A DNA stretch of 64,000 bases, from positions 9,588,784 to 9,652,783 of the forward strand of contig CM121341.1 of NCBI GenBank assembly GCA_051530055.1, written 5' to 3'. Every line of letters starts with the position of its first letter. Positions within the stretch are counted from its first letter, which is position 1. Position numbers and translations under genes: made by a program. The stretch is from Neoechinorhynchus agilis. Its lineage: Eukaryota > Animalia > Acanthocephala. This document shows, piece after piece, positions 37,501 through 50,743 of this stretch. A model generated the notes under the pieces. It did no database searches and was not told the DNA's origin. It was given only the letters and a program-made list of their open reading frames with translations.

Positions 37501-40500
37501 AAAACTGGACGTTGATGCTGGATCAGATTTTGAGCTGAAATGCGATGTACAAGGAGCTAGTCCTGGTGATTTAAAGATCACATGGACAAAGCACGGAAGG
37601 ACGGGAGTTGAGGGGCTGCCGGCTCATCTCCAAGTAAGTTACCAGATTTTTAAATATCGCTTTTATCACCGAATTTTAGGCGACATCAGGGGTACTACGT
37701 GGAACCAATGTGAGTCCAGCGGACTATGCCTACTATATGTGCACAGCTGAGAGAGTGTCCACCGGAGAACAAGCAGTAGCCTACGTCCTTTTAGACGTCC
37801 AGAGTAAGAGAAGATTTCGACGTCTGAGAGCACAAAAATCCTCTGCACCTTCACGAAAGCGAAAGCACTAACTGTTTCGTGTCCATAACTCACACAACGA
37901 TTCACCTGCACATACTCACAATCGCTAACTTTTTTTATCGGTCTTGGATGTGGTCATGTCGGACTAACCTCCGATTTTATTACGGACTAACATTGATTAA
38001 ATAAAGAATTTTTCGCGTTTTCGGGTGTAGATTGCTGCTGTTGCCAATGCACGCTCCTGCATGCGCCTCGCACCAGCATATCTGCAGCCTATCCGCTTTA
38101 CTCTAGAAAAAATGAACATTATCCGCTATTTAGACGCTAAATTGAAGCCAACCGTAAAGGTGTATCCATCTGAAAATGTTCAAATAAGTTTCGGTGCATC
38201 CGCTTCACTTGTATGCTATGCCTACGACGGCGAACCAAGTCCGACTATTTCATGGCAAAGGTTCCTTTCTGAATAGTTTTTAATATAATCCGAATTTTTC
38301 TTTTTCGAAAACAGGGCTGACGGTAGGATCTTTGGAGTAAACGTTCAAACAAGGAGCGGTCAATTGGACATACACAGTGCTACCTCAGAGGATTCCGGAA
38401 CTTATATGTGTGTAGCTGAAAACATCGCTGGTCAATCAAAGGCTACTGTGAACGTCGAGGTTCAGAGTCCTCAAAAGATTGATCTAATTGTGAATCCTGA
38501 TGAGATTGGAGACGTGGAAGATGATACACCTCGTTATGCTCAATGCATAGCCGTTGGAACTCCAGTACCAAAAGTAAAATGGATGCATCAAAATAAGAAC
38601 TTGACGAGAGAAGAGGATGGCTACAGTCTTCTATTGGTGACCCCGGCGACCCTTAGTGCTGGACAAAACACTTTCACGTGTGTTGCTGACAATACATATG
38701 TACGAGCTTCAAAGGATCTGAATGTGAACGTTATCCGGTCAATGCCATTTGTACCATATACACTTCCATCTCAAATCGACGCCGTTCTTCAAATTAATCC
38801 ACGCGAAGTGACTGAAAATGGGCGCGTTCAACTTGGATGCTCAGTTGGGACTCATTTTAGAAATCCATTGAGTTTTACTTGGTTACGGGACGGACAGATA
38901 GTTGAAACAAAGGAATCTATTGGTGGCTCAGCTGTATTGGAATTGGTAGACGTATCTGCAGAAGATGGTGGATTGTATAAGTGTGAGGTTTATGACAACT
39001 CCAAACTTGTTGCCGTTTCCAATGACGAACAGTTGAACGTCGTACGACGATTAGACCGCTTCCCTCGAATTTCTGCTCTCATACGAGACGTTTTTGTTCA
39101 ATCAGGTGAGTATTTTGGCTTTCAATCTCGATATTAAAACATCTTTTTCGTATACAAAGGCTCTCTTGCGAAACTGAAATGCAGAATATTAAATAGAATA
39201 AAAGGAAAAGTTATATGGGATAGACTCAATGGTCAACTACCGGACAGAACGATTATTCGTAAGGCAACAATGAGGTTTGCATTTTGGTCTTTCTTTAAAG
39301 TTCTCAAAGACATATAGGATTGAGAACGTGAGACCAGAGGATGAAGGTGTATATAAATGCGTTGCGTTCAATGAAATTGGTTCAAGTGAAGACTTCATAA
39401 ATCTTAACGTATTGGAAATGAGTTCTCCTCAGGAAATCACAGTTCGATTAGTTGCTGAACCATCCTTGAAAACGAGCTACGGAATGCGGTCTACTCTCAT
39501 ATGTCGAACTTCCCATAGCAAAGGTTCGGTTGTATGGCAGAAGGACGGCCGAAGGATTTTTCGATCTGGTGTAACAATAAACAACGATAGACTTCAATTT
39601 TACCCTCAACAGTCGGACGTCGGTGTGTACTCTTGTTACATACTCGAAGACGGTCTTCCATTGGGTAATGCTTCTCTTGAGTTGGTTGTTAAAGATGCAC
39701 GATCGAGTGCTTTGGAGTACGTTCCAGCATCAAGTCCGCCTTTTCAACAGCAGCAATCGCAAGAACAAGCGACAATTCAACCGGCAACATCAAGACCGAT
39801 TTTGATCAGTATTAGACCACTTCATGGAGTATACCGTGTGGATAATGAGCTAGCATTTGAATGCGACACGTCCGTCGTTGGAGCAAGGATACGCTGGGAA
39901 AGACAAAGACCAACTTCGGCTTTTTCCTCTTTTACTACTGTAGATGAGAACCGACTAATGTTTCAGAGATTCACTTCAAACGATGTGGGTGAATATAAAT
40001 GCGTTGTGGAAAAAGGAAATATGAAGGGCGAAAAGTACCTGCATATGGATATCGATGTCGTTAATAATGATGTTATTTTCGCTTATCCCGATCATCGTTA
40101 GTAGTTTTGCTGATTTGAGCGAAATGCTCATCCCAAAATTTTTAGCCCTTGTCATATCACATGGATCTCCTAATATAAACGTTACGTTCTTAAATCCGCC
40201 CTCTGAATTCAAGAAAAATGGAATTGTTGAGGTTGAGTGCATTGTATCCGGTTTGTGTGTTTTTTTACTTTCGATCTGATCAAAAAATTTGATTATTAGG
40301 TCAACGAGATGCTCCAATATCTTGGAGTCGTGAAGATGGTAAGGATGTCGGATCAAACGTGAATATCGATAAAGGCATAATGAAGATCAATGGATTCGTT
40401 GAAAGCAATCTTGGCGAGTATAAATGCTCAGCTGAGACATACGTCGGAGATCTTTCTCGAGTAATTGTGTTTGAACCGGAATCTTTTCCCGGGATATTTA

Positions 40501-43500
40501 CAAATACTACGGATAATAAGCCAAAAATCGAATTCCAATTTTTATCGTCTCGGCAGGACTTTAGAGCGGGCGGTCATGTCATCGTGGAATGCATTCCAAA
40601 CGGTAAATTCGTTAAAAATACTTTTTTTTCATCGCTTGCCTTTTTCGTACAGATAAATCCGCAACAATTGAATGGCATAGAATCGGTGATCCTACGTCTG
40701 CCCATATGAAAATCGATAATCAATTCCTAAATATTAATCCATTCTCTTATGAAGACATCGGCGTCTACGAATGCATTGCTTCGGGATCGATGGGAATAGT
40801 TACGAGATCTATTCAATTCGATGAAAACGATTTAAGTTCAAGTATCCTTCCGAACAATCAAGAAGTTCTTCCTTCAGTCAGACTAGAATTCAACGATCTT
40901 AACAAGTATGAAATTGGCGGGAAAATCGAGATTAAATGCGTAGCTGATAATGATCCCAATGCGAATGTTCAATGGCATCGCGGTGAGCGTAAGACCTTTG
41001 GCTATAGAACTGAAAGTCGCGGAGATATTCTTCGATTTAATGACTATGACAATAGCGATTCTGGAATTTATTCTTGCATTGCCAGCAATAACCAAGGAAG
41101 CAAGTATATTTCCGTGGAGATTTCCACCGACGAAAGAGGAATTGTCCGAGTTACCAATGAACGTATAAATCAAATACCCATTCAACGTACACGTTACCCA
41201 CTTGTAGTTGAGTTTTTATCTCCATTGAGTCAATTCCGTAAGGAAGGTGAAATAACGGCTATTTGTTATTTCAGTGAGTTTTGATTTTTACCACACACAC
41301 ACCTAACTAAGAAATAATTTAGGTGGCAATGTTCCCGGGATTATTTCATGGCGTAAAGTGGACGAAAAGACTAATCACACTGTTCCCATGTCTTCAAATG
41401 CAATGACAGAAGGATCTCGTCTTCATTTCCCGCGGTTTTCTGAAGATCATTTGGGCACTTACGAATGTTCTGGAGTATCTGAACACGGTGTAGCACATAA
41501 AATAGTATCACTCGACGCAGAAGCTTTCACAGCAGTAAATCCAACATACAACCACGAGAATAAACGGGAGCTTCAAATAACCGTAGACGGAACCACTTCT
41601 GGCGAGAAGGTGAAATTTAACTGCAAGCTAAGAAATGGTTGGTAGTTTTGCCAATTGTGAACTCCTTACTGATAATCCGACCGATTTAGCACGAATCGCA
41701 GTGAAATGGGAATCACAGAGAACCCACCAACTTCCAAATGGAGCACGACAAATCGGGACGCGACTCATCTTTGACAAATTCTATCCCACAATTCATCACG
41801 ATACTTACACTTGCAAGGCTCGCCACAACGGAAATAAGTTCTACAAATCAATTGATACAAGAGAAGTCATCTTCGATAAGTCCGATATCATGGTTGGACG
41901 ACGGCTTCACATCCGAACGGCAACGCAAGACAGCATTAAAGCACTCTGCTCAAGGGGTAGGGACTGTTAGAATTTTTCAAAGTGAATTCTAACCTTTTCC
42001 TGTGATGACTTTTATGTTTTTATTTTTCTCATCACTCCCTTGTGTGTAAAAATGAGTGAACTTAATTCAGTAGAGTTAATAAATCCCCCTCCTAAATCCA
42101 CTCTTGAATTCAGGCACAAAGAAAGTGATCAATGACAGCAAAAAGGATTTTTACGTCTTTCAATGCGACCGAAATTCGCTGATTTTCTCCAATCGATCAT
42201 TCTATGCATTGGATGCTCTGAACTTGACTCTACCTGTTCGTCATAGACTAAGCATACGAAGTCAATTAGGAGTAAATTGCATCCAAGGTAATGGTAGATC
42301 CCTTCCCTGAACATAGAGATTACCTTAGAACCCTGCGCAAGGATCGCCGCACGTGCACGATCATCAACCAGTAGATCGTAGTTGGCTGCTTTTATAATGA
42401 TTGACAGAATAAAATATTATAAATATCAATTCAAGGAGGCTCTAAGTCGAAATAAATAAAGCTAAGACTAAATTTCACGCCCTATAATCATCGGCATTTT
42501 TTAATTACTGGGTTTTAACTAACAGTTCGTTACAATGACTTAATGATTATCGGATGAACACTATTAATAAAAACGAAATAAAAATTTACGATTAAAGAAG
42601 GCGTGGAAATGTTCTAAAAGGTCCCTGCAGATTCAATCATCTATACAATTTATTCTTCAAAAAAACACATTTGCATTTCTGAGATAAGGCGCTTATAAGT
42701 AATGTGATGTTCAAGAGTTATAGAACAGTCGACTGACGTGAGTAAAATTTTGAACTTATTCAATAATAAAGTTATTAAATAAAGAGAAATTATTTTGAGC
42801 ACTTAAACGAACGTGGTTTTCGTTATTTTGATGATTGTAAAATTGTGTTGTTTAATGCAACCTCGCTTCGCATAACGTTTGTTAAAAATGTTAAAACATC
42901 AAGATTTAAATGTAATCTATTTCTTCACTATCGCTATATCTTGTTTTTAAACGTTTATAAGTAATAAATCGATTGCCATTGGGATTAGGAAAATATCAGA
43001 TAGTTAAGCTTCAAACATACAGTGAAGTAAGTTGACCTTGAGCATGTTATCAACTAAATTAGAAATAGCGCGAATTTCCGTAATTTTTCAAAACAATCTA
43101 CACTCAGATCGAGGTAAAAGCGAATACTCATGTTCGGCATGGACAACAGAGGACAAACACAAACAATTCCCGATTTATTGTGAGCCAGGTAAATTGATTT
43201 TTCTGTCGTTTTTCGACTACTTTAACTTATTTAGACATTGAAGAGATCAACACACTTCATTGTAGAAGAAACAATCTTCGAACTAAACGCATCTCACCCA
43301 AATTGTTCACATCAGAAAAAACTGTGATATGTTCAGTTGATAATAGCAATGTGAGAAAGGTTTTTATGGTTGAGGCAACAAATGAGACAATCAGCCATAA
43401 TCATGTATATAAACTGAGGAACGTTGATGGAATCGAAATTGGAAAATGTGAGACTCAAAGTGAACCGGACGAAGTAGAAACAGGCGTTCCGTTTGTACCT

Positions 43501-45788
43501 GTCGGAATTACAATGTAAATTTGTTTATACGCCAGATTTCTTTTTATTTTTCAATTTTCAGTGTTAAAGTTGTCGACGGAATAACTGATGAAGGCAACGA
43601 AAACGAACTCCGCGAAGTTCATCACAGCACGGTTAGGAATGAAAGGGAAACGGCTACAAACAGACTAGTGAATGTTAATGAAAGAGAAATTCATGATTTC
43701 GAAGGTGAAAACCATGTTTTTACTGTTAACGTTCTTGGCGATCAGGCATCAATCGAAAATAATAGCGGCATGGTAATGGATGGGCAAATAAAGAAACCTT
43801 TAAACCGAAACAACGACATTGATATCGATTTAAAAGAGCGTAGCGAAAAGGTTGAAGTACAATTCAGAGCTACATCAGACGCTGTGTTTTATAGTGAAGA
43901 AAATTGGGTGGGTACAGTATCAGAGATTGCCTACGGCGAGGAAAAATTTGAGCGTCAATCTAAGAAGCAATCAAAATTCGAGGTGGGGTCTGAGACTCGT
44001 TCAGAAAACGGTGAGATGAAATATGGACCGAAATATAAAGCTGGTATAGACGATGAAAAGTCTAAAATTAAACTTGAAACAGAATCAAAAGTCGAAATTA
44101 CCAACAGTGAAACTACTAATGAAAACAAGCTGCGATCTCAACTCGATTTTAATGTTAAAATTATTAAAGAAACGTTAAATACCGAATCAGAAGTTTCAAC
44201 GAGCAAAGAAAAGTCCGATATTTCTTGGTCTTCTGATTTTCCAACATCTGAATTACCTGATTTATGGAAACATTTCACACAAAGTAATATAGGTCAAAAG
44301 GATATATTGGCCGAAAAGCAAATTATAAATGGTTCTTCAACTGAAAGTTCTTTAGCAACATTCCCAAATCTAGAATCAACTGGAAACATTTCCATAAACA
44401 AGACTAAAGTATGGATTCCTGTGCCGAACAACATTACTGAAATCTCAACGCAATTTCCGGTACCTGAAACTGAATGTATTGATTATACTGACATTGCTGC
44501 CACCGACATTAATCATGTCGGTTCTGAGAATCAATCCGAGATTTTCGAGAACCATGAAACACTCGCGATATCGGTTTCTTCAACGGATACTATTCAAGCT
44601 GTTCAATTAGAATTACCGAAACCAGATATTTCCAATGAAACATCAACAGCCGATTTTCTTGCTGAAAAATCCATTACAATGAGCTATGATTTATTGAAAA
44701 ATCAGAAGAAATTTATCGGCCTTAATCTTGAGGCAATTAAGAAACTCTCGGACACTAGCCTAATATCCAACGGGACATTAACCCTTAAGAATAAGACTAT
44801 TTCCAGTGAAGAATCTTTAAAAAATGAAGCAAACAACAGCCGTATTTTCACAAAAAAACTGGACTCTGGTTTATTTGTCGTAATTCGCAGCAACCAAGGC
44901 ACGTTTGACAGTGCTGTATGCTCCCACGAATCCCCCGATAAATTCGATCAAACATATTGGATAAGTCGATCATCTTATGCCCTGCTTGGATTCGCTATTG
45001 ATAATACAATGATCGATTTGGGCACTTCGGGTATTTATACCTGCATGGGCAGTGACCCGAATGATGGTCAAATATCGATCGACGTAAATTCCAGAGATTA
45101 TGAATCCAGTGTTTTCAATATATTTAAAGAACCGTCAATTTCTATCAGCATTGATACTGAAAGTGAGGCGATTGTGATTGATTGCAGAGCAGGTTTAATT
45201 TTCCATGGTGATCAAATAAATTTTAATCGACAAATTTTAGACGACCAGGCTGAAATTCAGTGGATTAAAGATGGATACCTATTGCAAGTTCAACCAAAGC
45301 ATCACATTCGTGCCGGAATTCTCATAATAGACGAACCCGTAACTGACGATTATGGCATATACACTTGTATAGCAACATCACCCGATATGCGGGGCGCTAA
45401 AGCAGATATTAACTTGAATGAAAAGAATGTTGGTGGAATCGTTGCTAATGTTGCCAATTCAAAGGCAAGAACTTCAATGACACTGAAGTTTGTTTCGCCA
45501 AAAAATAAGATGAAGCTTGGAGGAAGTTTGAGTGTCTTGTGTACAGTCGGTAAGTGGGAATACTCGATTTCGATAAAAATTTATCGGAAGTAATCGATAG
45601 ATCCTCGTGGTTCCATCATTCGATGGAAATTTGACGATGGACGAGCTCTGCCTGATAATGCCAAAGCCGAAGAAAATGGGCTTCTTGTCATTAACGATTT
45701 AACAATTCAAAACAATGGAATTTACACGTGTGAATCATACACAGTATCCGGAAGGAGGATAAAATCGTTCAGAATAGATTTTAACTAA
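28582..45788 (+). CDS. Perlecan/HSPG2 (UNC-52/Trol)-like multi-exon basement-membrane protein
   Basis: Signal peptide [24 protein letters not shown] (intron 28654-28703), acidic S/T region, ~4 LDLa (29584-30331), Ig domains (30578-33160), 3 LDLa plus Ig (33440-34150), laminin EGF / laminin-B / EGF (34170-35300), then many Ig domains to a stop at 45786-45788. Many ~50-nt GT-AG introns. Confidence 0.88.
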
Positions 45789-46372
45789 TTTTGAATTTTT
45801 CTGTAAGCTTAAATTCTCAAGATTGTTTAACGAGAGTAATTCGATCAGTCGCTCTTATCTTTTCCTTCAAACTCATTTAGACAGCGGTAATAATTATAGA
45901 ACATTTTTGCATTTTGAACGATAACAGCTACTGCTTTCTGTTGGTATGTATCACGGGCAAGGAGGTGATATTCCCACGAAACAGTATTCATACCATTCAC
46001 TTCTATCCTTGGATTTAAAATATAATAAAAGTCTGGTAAACAAGCTTTGGTGATCGATGAAAGTAGTCAGGGGAAACAGTTTTGTTTAAAGTCACTTATT
46101 TTTGATCGTTATGGTCGTCCTGGGTTAATGGTAAGAAATTATGATGTTTCTCGGGACCAACTCCGAAGTTCAAGGTGAATTTCGGCGTCAATTGCAATAA
46201 ACCCCTTAAAAAGCGAAGACATATTGACAGCCTACTTCTCCATTACTCAAAAATGATTAAAGCGAGTTTATAAAAGTCAATAAAACACAATTCAAAGCAT
46301 TCATCCAATCGAACACATTTCTTAACATAACAAAATGTCTCGTTTAAAGATTGTGCTCATAATCCTGTTTGG

Positions 46373-46528
46373 ACCAATGTACATCTTGGTTCCATGTTTT
46401 TAATCGATTGTCTCGATCGATTAAGCGTGATGATTTGAGAATGGAGAACCAACCAATGTACATTTTCGTTCCATGCCTTGATCGGTTGTTTCGATCGAAT
46501 AAGCGTGATGATTTGACAATGGAGAATA
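46373..46528. repeat. Two tandem diverged copies of a 79-bp unit
   Basis: ACCAATGTACA at 46373 and 46452, each followed by TTCCATG...TCGATCGA.TAAGCGTGATGATTTGA.AATGGAGAA. Confidence 0.8.
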
Positions 46529-46992
46529 ACGGGTAGAATTATTTTTGCTATTGATCATTGGGACTTCTTGTAAAATCCTCGGATTAAAAGTTTTCTAACA
46601 ATTATAAAATACCAAAGAGTTTTACAAATCAGAAACCAAGCCAACTACCAAAACTAACTGGCTATCGTGCTTGATTGGGCATCCATTTTTCCAGAGGGCA
46701 AAGGAAGTCCCTAACGTCGATTTGGTTGGTTGCCAACATTTCAGAAAAATACGCGTTGCACGGTGCAAACAAGGAGACGATGAACCAATCACTTTCGAAA
46801 CTCTGGAGAATAAATACAAGAAAAGATTTGGGTTTGACTTTTCATATTTTGGGACAACTAAATGCTAATAAATAATCGTGTTTTGATATTGCGTAAAAAC
46901 AAAAGGAATTTATTAAATCCAATATTTCGGCATAATCTCGTACCTTTATCAAGATCTAAAATCGACAAGTAGAGGTTGGTAAATTTCACACT

Positions 46993-47254
46993 GTACTCAG
47001 ATTCTATTGATGATTGTTTGATTGACAATCCGACTGAAAGAGAGTTTATTGAAACACCTAGCTTTCGCCGTCGCGAGTGAACCTAAACTCCACTTCACTC
47101 GCATTGTAGATTACACCCTGAAGAAGCCGTTGGACGGCGAAAGCTAGGTGTTTCAATAAACTCTCTTTCAGTCGGATTGTCAATCAAACAATCATCAATA
47201 GATAAAACATGCGACTGAACAACCAAGCAGCGCTTAGTAATCGTACTCAGATTC
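46993..47254. repeat. Nested fold-back: perfect 69-bp inverted repeat, an inner 9-bp inverted repeat and a 12-bp direct repeat
   Basis: 47004-47072 is the reverse complement of 47133-47201; GCGAGTGAA 47073-47081 / TTCACTCGC 47094-47102; GTACTCAGATTC at 46993 and 47243. Confidence 0.9.
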
Positions 47255-47279
47255 AGTTTAAAGTCCGCCTTATTCCTAC

Positions 47280-47407
47280 CCCGATTTGTCGTGCTCCATT
47301 TGGAAGTTGGTGGGTTCTTTGTGATTCCCATTTCACTGCGATTCGTGCTAAATCGGTCGGATTATCAGTAAGGAATTCACAATTGGCAAAACTACCAACC
47401 ATTTCTT
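47280..47407 (-). repeat. Inverted 128-bp copy of perlecan-like gene sequence 41630-41757, including an intron
   Basis: Reverse complement matches 41630-41757 with one visible mismatch (GAACTCC vs GAATTCC). Confidence 0.93.
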
Positions 47408-47424
47408 TGCCAAACTGATATATT

Positions 47425-50400
47425 TTATTTCTCGACAATTAACACACTCACCACCTCCCGCCGAATTCCAGCTTTTGTTCTTCGTCGACCGTCGCCATCA
47501 CGCTGGCAGCATTGCCCCGTTGTACTGCCAGCGAGATATTTTGTCGAAGGAATACGCCTGCTCTTGAGTCTCCGGTTGCCTCTCTCAATTTCTTCGATAG
47601 ATCCTGGAGCAGAGAGAGTGCCGAGCTGCCGAGCGCTCCATACGTCTCTACCCCAAAGGGGACAAAATAGTGAGCCCTCGATAAGTGAAGATATTTCCGT
47701 ATTTTCCTCCCTTCCGCTGCACTAGCGGCACCACCGGCGATTTCGAGGGAGTAGGGGATGTTGCTGGCTGCGAGGGTATCCACACACGTGGCGTCCCAGA
47801 GAAGGCATTTGCCCTCCCGCCACGGGAAGACCGAAATTCCATCGGGCCTACGGTCGTCTAGTCGACAAAGGTGGGCGGGTTCCAGGATGTTCGATAAGTT
47901 CGCCGTTCTCAACGCCCGAGAAATTGCGTTATTGATTTCAGAATGGCGTGAGAACCTTCCTGCTGACCTTCTGCAGACGAGACCGTATCGCCCGAAAGCA
48001 TCAACCAAAGACTCACATCGACAGCGATGGGGCGTGCATATCGGGAGACCAAGTCTTAAGGATACTGCGATAGTCGTTACCTCATCAGTGAGAAGAGTTC
48101 CGACTGATGCCAGAGGAACAGCTTCCAACCACGGCCCAGATTCTCGTGTTGAAACTGCCAACAGTCTAGCTCGGACGACCCCATCGCGAGAACCGGAAAG
48201 TAGAGAGCTATGAGCTCTCGCGATAAAAGGTCCGTCCCAGATCGACTGTCTGAGGCCATTCACGGGAACATGGTTAGCGCCTGCCTGCTGGCACCATTCC
48301 TCAACCGCCACCACGAATTCCCGGTCAAGACAGAACTTTTCTTTCAAAATGTTCTTTGAGACTGGTAGGCTTCCCTCAAACGATCCAAGAAAGGCCGGCA
48401 AAGCAAGGTCCACTAGTGCCCGAATTCCCAATCCCCCAGATGACACAGGCAAAGAAGCTTGTCGCCACGCCTCATCTGAGAGCTGGACATTTAAAATACG
48501 CTCGAGACAAGCCCTCACTTTGCCGTCGAGCTTAGACAATCCTTCCTTATGTTTGAAAAATGTTGCTGTGCGAACCTTGTACAATAATTTGGGGATGAAG
48601 AGCGCGTTCTTTATGAGAAACAAGGCTTCGTGAGCCGAGAGAGCGCTCACTCTATCGCACAGCAACGAAAGTTTCGGTATGATATGGCCGATATCATCTT
48701 CCACATTTGAATCGAAGACGCAATTGCCCAGGAGGCTGAGTTGCTCCCGAGTCACGAGTTTCAGACCTGGAGCTACGGCCTCGAACCCAGCCATTAGTTC
48801 TTTGACTTTGGCGGCGTCTCCAATATTCAATACAAGGAGCTCACATTTTCCAGCACTAAGATCAAGGCCCAATGTCGCAGTCTCCCCAATCAGCGTCTCC
48901 AAATCGCTCAGTACAACGGAGGGATCACCTCCGAGCGTAGCGTCATCCAAGTACCAAGCGTTGAAGATGGAATGGAGAGAATGCGCTATTGGATTTACTG
49001 TTAGGGAGAATGCGATTGGACCGAGGGGATCTCCTTGCTGCACTCCTCTTTCGGACCAAATGAGGTGGTCTTCGAAAAGCAAAGGAGTCGCCGTCCCGTA
49101 GGCATTGAGAAAATACTGGAAGGCTTCTGGTGCGTGATCCCTAATTGCGCAGAACATGCTTTCTCTATTGAGAGAGTTAGAGGCGTTCCGAAAATCGCAC
49201 TTAAGAATCACGCACGGCTCTGAGCTTCTCGTAGCAAAGTTTCGGAGCGAGTGGACAATAGCTTCCGCCCCGCAGGATGTGCAGCAGCCCAGTTGGACTG
49301 GACGAAGTTGCTGCCCGTTTTTCTCTGTAATACGTTTGCAGAGAATTTTTCCTGCGAGTCGGCGTATCGTCGAAGATACGTCGATGGGTTGGATCCCACC
49401 TTCTTTTTTTGTGAGCGCACACAATGAGGCTCCGAAAAATAGGTCCTTTGCAACGGGGTTCAGGTGCTCTCCAGTCAGGCGGTCGACTATTCGAGAAAGC
49501 GCACTTCCTAGAGAGAGCTGCTTCACCAGTTGAAAAGGACATCATGTCCTTTAGGTGCTGAGGCCTTAGTCCGTCAAGCCCGTGACCCGAACCATTTGCA
49601 AAAGATGAGATGGCCTATTGTAACTCTGAAATTTGAGTGGATGTCCTTTTTTGTACCGGAGGAGGTGGAATTTCAAAACTGCCACTACTGCATCGATGTT
49701 TTGACCGGAGTATTTGTAGTGTCGCGTTGTCTCCTTGTAGAAAACTGTCGGAGGATGATAATAACAGAACCTCAGTCCGCAGGCTTCGAAGAGACACGTT
49801 CAGTCAGTGATCGTTTTGAAAAACGGCAGCGAAACGCTTCCTTCGTGCGTCCCTTACGAACTACGCGGAGATTCCTTTCAAAATCGCTAAATATTTGTTC
49901 AAAGGAGGCTAATCTTTCCTTGATTGTTGTTGCCAAAGACACCCCAGAATCACCGGTGGTGCAGAGGACTAGGCGCGAGAAAGCGAAGAGCCGTGCCCAT
50001 GATGGTGCACAGTTCGTTTGAAGGCAATCGTTGAACAATCCCGTAAATGCTTTGGCGATCAGATATCGCGCGCCTTTAGGGATCCGTTTCAGGACGTTCC
50101 TGGGCAGAAACCGCACGATATCAGGTATCGAAATAGAATCAGTGGTGATCTGAGGGGTCTCAGGCCCGAAAGTTTCGCTTAATTGTGGTGGAGAACCAGA
50201 CCCACTACAGCGGAGATCCCGGGGACCATGGGCAAACAAAACCCCCAGATTAATTAATTTCAAAGACTTACCGCAAACCGGACACAAACCAGTAGGGACG
50301 CATGGGAGTTCGGCAGCGTTGGTCTTCTCAGGTTGATAATGACCGATAAGTGGCTCGTTCGACTTATCTGCGTCACCAGCGTCGATTGTAGGCGATTTGA

Positions 50401-50540
50401 ACACATTGTGACGTAATTTGTCCTGAGCCTTCTTGGAGGTATAGGGCTGGGAGGTGAATCTGATCAGTCGCAATATCCATCGTCTGATTTCCTCATATTC
50501 GTTTTTGGTCAATTGCGTCACCGCTGTTTATGTTTGATTG
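47425..50540 (-). mobile_element. Near full-length CRE-clade non-LTR retrotransposon (N-terminal Zn finger, RT, CCHC knuckle, restriction-like endonuclease) with a few frameshifts/stops at ~49530-49800
   Basis: CPVCGKSLK...FAHGPRDLRC; RT motifs KKEGGIQPI..., DFRNA.NS, GVQQGDPLGP, WYLDD; CRC...H/Y.LVC...RHSEIN; RPDG...LLWDATCVDT; ISLAVQRGNA. Confidence 0.93.
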
Positions 50541-50743
50541 TTTGCAAGTGTTTAGGACGTTAAATTGTTTAGCCTACGTAGAATTTACTGCATTCAATGT
50601 AGGTAATTCTGTATACCACTGCGTTGCTTTCACGTTCCTCACGTTTCATTACCATGGAGCTAATGATTTGACTTTCTATGGTGCACCATTGAAGGCTTTG
50701 TTTTGACTTCTGGTACATAATTTTCTTTGCATAGAAGGCAAAT

